From an uncultured delta proteobacterium (GTDB lineage Bacteria; Desulfobacterota; Binatia; Binatales; Binataceae): a stretch of DNA of 64,000 nt. Numbering within the stretch: position 1 is the stretch's first letter; the number at the start of each line of letters is the position of its first letter. A model generated the notes under the pieces. That model saw only the letters and a program-made list of their open reading frames with translations, was not told the origin of the DNA and did not search any database. The position numbers and the translations under genes were made by a program. This document shows positions 60,855 through 64,000 of the stretch, piece after piece. The stretch spans positions 138,046-202,045 of the forward strand of contig CAVZFW010000015.1 in the NCBI GenBank assembly GCA_963774705.1, written 5' to 3'.

Positions 60855-61624
60855 ATTGCGACGAGTCTAAGGTGTTATTGCATGGCTATCTAGACGGAGA
60901 ACTCGATCCGGCAGGCAGCCTGACGTTCGAGGCCCACCTCGCATCCTGCAAGGACTGCGGCAAGGAAGTCCCAAAGTACAAAGACCTTGGCGCCGCGGTT
61001 CGAAACACGGCCGAGTACTTCACCGCACCGCAAGATCTACGCTCCACAATTGTTTCTCAATTGCGCCCGTCGCCCGGAAAGGCAGCGTGGAGGCCCAGCA
61101 GATTGCCGGTCTGGCAAGTGCTGGTGGGCGCCGTCGCCGCGTTGTTGATTGCAACGGTGGGTCTCAACACGATCCTGGTGCATCGGTCTGCGGAGAGCTT
61201 CATCGCACAGGAGGTCGTGGCTAGCCACGCCCGCTCGCTGATGGCCAATCATCTGTTCGATGTGGTCTCGACCGACCGGCACACAGTAAAGCCCTGGCTC
61301 GACAAGAACCTGGATTTCGCCCCGGTGGTAGTTGATTTCGCGAAGCAGGAGTTCGCCCTGGCTGGCGGCAGGCTCGATTACCTCGACCATCACCAGGTCG
61401 CCGCCCTCGTCTATCGGCATCGGCAGCATATTGTGAATGTTTTCATTTGGCCGGCCGCAGATGTGGGTGACTTGGCTCCGCAATGGATCGTGCAGCAAGG
61501 TTACAACATCGCGCACTGGACCGAATCGGGGATGAACTATTGGGTCATTTCCGATGCGGATCGAAGCGGTCTCAATGATTTCGTCGGGTTGCTGCGCGGC
61601 GCGGCGGCGCACACTCCTAGCTAG
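60851..61624 (+). CDS. zf-HC2 anti-sigma factor, single TM
   Basis: ATGA overlap with sigma 3. MNCDESKVLLHGYLDGELDPAGSLTFEAHLASCKDCGKE (H-x3-C-x2-C). TM VLVGAVAALLIATVGL. Confidence 0.8.
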   Translation: MNCDESKVLLHGYLDGELDPAGSLTFEAHLASCKDCGKEVPKYKDLGAAVRNTAEYFTAPQDLRSTIVSQLRPSPGKAAWRPSRLPVWQVLVGAVAALLIATVGLNTILVHRSAESFIAQEVVASHARSLMANHLFDVVSTDRHTVKPWLDKNLDFAPVVVDFAKQEFALAGGRLDYLDHHQVAALVYRHRQHIVNVFIWPAADVGDLAPQWIVQQGYNIAHWTESGMNYWVISDADRSGLNDFVGLLRGAAAHTPS

Positions 61625-61698
61625 GTCGAACAATCATCGGCCAAAGGCGTTCAGTGTATGGAAACTATCGGGCTGAAAATCTGTGAGCGAGTGCCGCC

Positions 61699-62602
61699 GT
61701 GAGAAACGAACTGCCTCCCATAACTAGAGCCGCGATAGCCAATCCGGGCGCGTCGAAAGCTGCGATTTCATTCCACTACGATCTCGGTAACGAGTTTTTC
61801 AGGTTATTTCTCGACCACGAATGTTTTTACTCCTGCGCCATGTACGACTAAGAGTCTGACTCTCTGGAAGTGGCGCAGCAACGCAACTCGAGTACCACAT
61901 TCAGCAAGCGGGCGCCGATGGTGCCGCCCGGGTCCTCGATATCGGATGTGGTTGGGGTGCGCTGCAAAAGCGGCTGGTAAGGGAGCACCGGGTAAAAGTC
62001 GCAATTGGCTTGACTCTCAGCGAGAATCAGGCTCAATGGGTCCGGTCGATGGCATACCCGGCGTGGATGTTCGTGTCGAGAGCTGGTCCGATCATATTCC
62101 TCTCGCACCCTACGACTCAATCATTTCCATTGGCGCCCTTGAGCATTTTGCACGTCCATGCAGCCGCCCGGTGCGAGTGCGAGGATATCGCGACTTCTTT
62201 GCTCGTTGTTACGGCTGGCTGAAACCGGGTGGATGGATGTCGCTTCAGTCCATCGGGTTGGGAACAGTGGACCGGGGAATCGAGGGTCAGTTCGTCGCTG
62301 AAAATATCTTCCCAGAGAGCGACCTGCCGCGGCTGGGAGAAATCGCTGACGCATCCGAAGGAATCTTTGAAATCGTCTGCGTTAGGAACGATCGCGCGGA
62401 TTACAAGCGGACAAACCACGAATTCCGCGAACGGTTACGGAAAAGCTGGGAGGCTGCGGTCCGCCTGGTAGGAGAGGAAACGGTTCGCCGTTTCGACAAA
62501 TATTTTCGTGTGTCGGCCGCCGGCTTCAGCCGCGGAACGACGAACCTTTATCGAATTACCTTTCGCAGGGTTCCCCACCCGCGTTTCGATATCGCTTTCT
62601 AA
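61699..62602 (+). pseudogene. cyclopropane-fatty-acyl-phospholipid synthase-like methyltransferase, stop and frameshifts in 5-prime third
   Basis: ISFHYDLGNEFFRLFLD...YSCAMY(stop), LEVAQQRK..., VLDIGCGWGAL in other frames. The 61946-62602 ORF carries SIISIGALEHF...YRDFFARCYGWLKPGG...FPESDLP. Confidence 0.65.
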
Positions 62603-62998
62603 CTGGAACATCGGCTCGGCTTAGTTGAGTGCCCAATTTGACCGAAGATCGTAATTCACTATTGAACCACTTCTTTACAAGCGGGAACTCGCTCGGCGCC
62701 AGTTACCCGATCTGTCCAGTCGCACGAAAGAGGAACGGCATACTAATTTCTGGACTCTGCCAACTCATACTGATGGTCGTTATCTCGCGATCAGAGTCAG
62801 TAACCGCCAACTCTGGTAGCCACTCGCGATGTTATTACACTATCCGCGGCCAAGATATTCTCCTTCCGATGGCAACCGATGCGATCTCGGCTTCGGTTGG
62901 TTCACATCTCTATGCGCAGTCAGACCTGAGTGACCGTCGCGAGGATTATGCTGCTCTCAGCCTGCGACGGTCACTCGATCAGTAGTTCCTGAATGCGG

Positions 62999-63319
62999 TT
63001 ACGGCGCCACCGCCGTACTGTTTCCGCCGATAGTCAGGACGCCCATGATGCAGGCTTGTGGGTCGCCCACAATGTCATGCTGCGAATAAACGTGCCGCGG
63101 TCTGCAGTTCATCTGGTCTTGGTGTGGAGCGGTGTCCAGTGCAGATGGCACAAGCCAGCTTCTCGCCGCGGGTAGCGATCTGGTTACGTTTTTCACGAGC
63201 ATTACGTCGGCACTGATTGGCACTGCGGCTGCGCCAGTAGCCGACCATGCCGGTATACATGCTGCGCCGATAAGCAAGCTGGACATCAAAGCTGCTGCTG
63301 TCGTCTTAACAATCTTCAT
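62999..63319 (-). CDS. 106-aa secreted protein, paralog of 41132-41458
   Basis: Signal MKIVKTTAAALMSSLLIGAACIPAWS. C-terminal NCRPRHVYSQHDIVGDPQACIMGVLTIGGNSTAVAP matches the 41132 protein. Confidence 0.6.
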   Translation of the reverse strand: MKIVKTTAAALMSSLLIGAACIPAWSATGAAAVPISADVMLVKNVTRSLPAARSWLVPSALDTAPHQDQMNCRPRHVYSQHDIVGDPQACIMGVLTIGGNSTAVAP

Positions 63320-63520
63320 TTGGTTCTATCAAAGCTCCTTCTGATGCAGATGTTTCTGCGCTCAAGTTGTTTACTGAAATTTCCCGCAGAATATTCCCGG
63401 TGGCGATACCATCTTCTGGAAATAAGATCGCCCGACGCGAAGTCAGGTCCGAACATTCTTCCGCGGTGGCATATGGTCCAATGACCTTGAAGTGGTCAAT
63501 AGGCTGGGAGCCAATTCGAC

Positions 63521-63736
63521 CTACAGGCCGGTATCTCCCCAGTTCGCGTTATACCATTCCCGCGATCCCGGTTGGATGGGAGTCACCGCGGTTGTTTCGC
63601 TGGACGCAGAAGCTTGAGCACGCTGTGTAGGCGCTGGATCCTCGGCAACGCCACAGCCTGAGATTCCGAACGCGACAAGAAGCGTGATCGCTCCAGCCAA
63701 TTCGAGTCTCGTATTCTTAAAGAAATGAGTGTTCAT
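63521..63736 (-). CDS. 71-aa lipoprotein, hypothetical
   Basis: Lipobox LLVAFGISGC. Lies upstream of, and co-directional with, the 63319 secreted protein. Confidence 0.45.
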   Translation of the reverse strand: MNTHFFKNTRLELAGAITLLVAFGISGCGVAEDPAPTQRAQASASSETTAVTPIQPGSREWYNANWGDTGL

Positions 63737-64000
63737 ATTGTGTCTTCCCGTGACGTGCCAGCAGCACTACTAGCTGTCTGGTGTGCGTCTGTTTGCGGCA
63801 ACTGTTTCGCGACCACTAGTAACCTGGCGAGCCTTCAAGGCTCTCAGTAGGTATTACTGATTGGCCGGGCGAAAAATTCCGAACGTCGATCCGAGCAATA
63901 GGGGAATATTCCAAGACTTTCTCTGGTCGTATCTTTCGAACACCACGAGCATTGGTCGTGGATTAGGAGAAGAAGTCAAAAGTGTATCAACGTGAGACGT

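Overview
GC-rich bacterial chromosomal segment (no rRNA, no intact tRNA, no CRISPR) whose housekeeping content looks like a soil or sediment metabolic generalist: P450, amidohydrolases, TetR regulators, GSTs, SDR, crotonase, MsrPQ. There are three themes. (1) Mobile-element graveyards. Two full and one partial DUF2924 + large serine recombinase cassettes lie at 3.3-14.1 kb, all frameshifted. One is split by a 1.26-kb IS3-family element, and one is bracketed by 25-nt tRNA-3-prime-like direct repeats. Fragments of IS21, IS3, IS630 and IS6 are also present. (2) Duplicated and decaying modules. A TetR-HlyD-YbhFSR-like efflux operon has an intact regulator and adaptor, but its ATPase and permeases are riddled with frameshifts. 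Its TetR/HlyD promoter module recurs twice more. There are three DUF1329 paralogs, one of them broken. More than 25 genes in the window are frameshifted, truncated or carry premature stops, while many long ORFs are perfectly intact. (3) The most interesting part is 33-53 kb, a SigF/NrsF-type ECF sigma stress island. A 26-nt motif GTAACTTn-N14-GAAn occurs six times, always intergenic and always pointing at the next gene. The genes it faces are a BufA2-like six-Cys signal-peptide precursor, an uncharacterised 4.3-kb secreted-protein/YHS/di-iron-like/metalloprotease/Cys-His-lipoprotein block, the sigma-nrsF operon, a thioredoxin-like gene, msrPQ, and a second ECF sigma + DoxX. An MNIO (DUF692) + DUF2063 pair of bufferin type sits 4.8 kb away from the only recognisable precursor gene. 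The ORF track splits a GrdB-family protein at an in-frame UGA at the canonical Sec position, with a SECIS-like hairpin downstream. All functional calls come from motif recognition by eye; no database search was possible.
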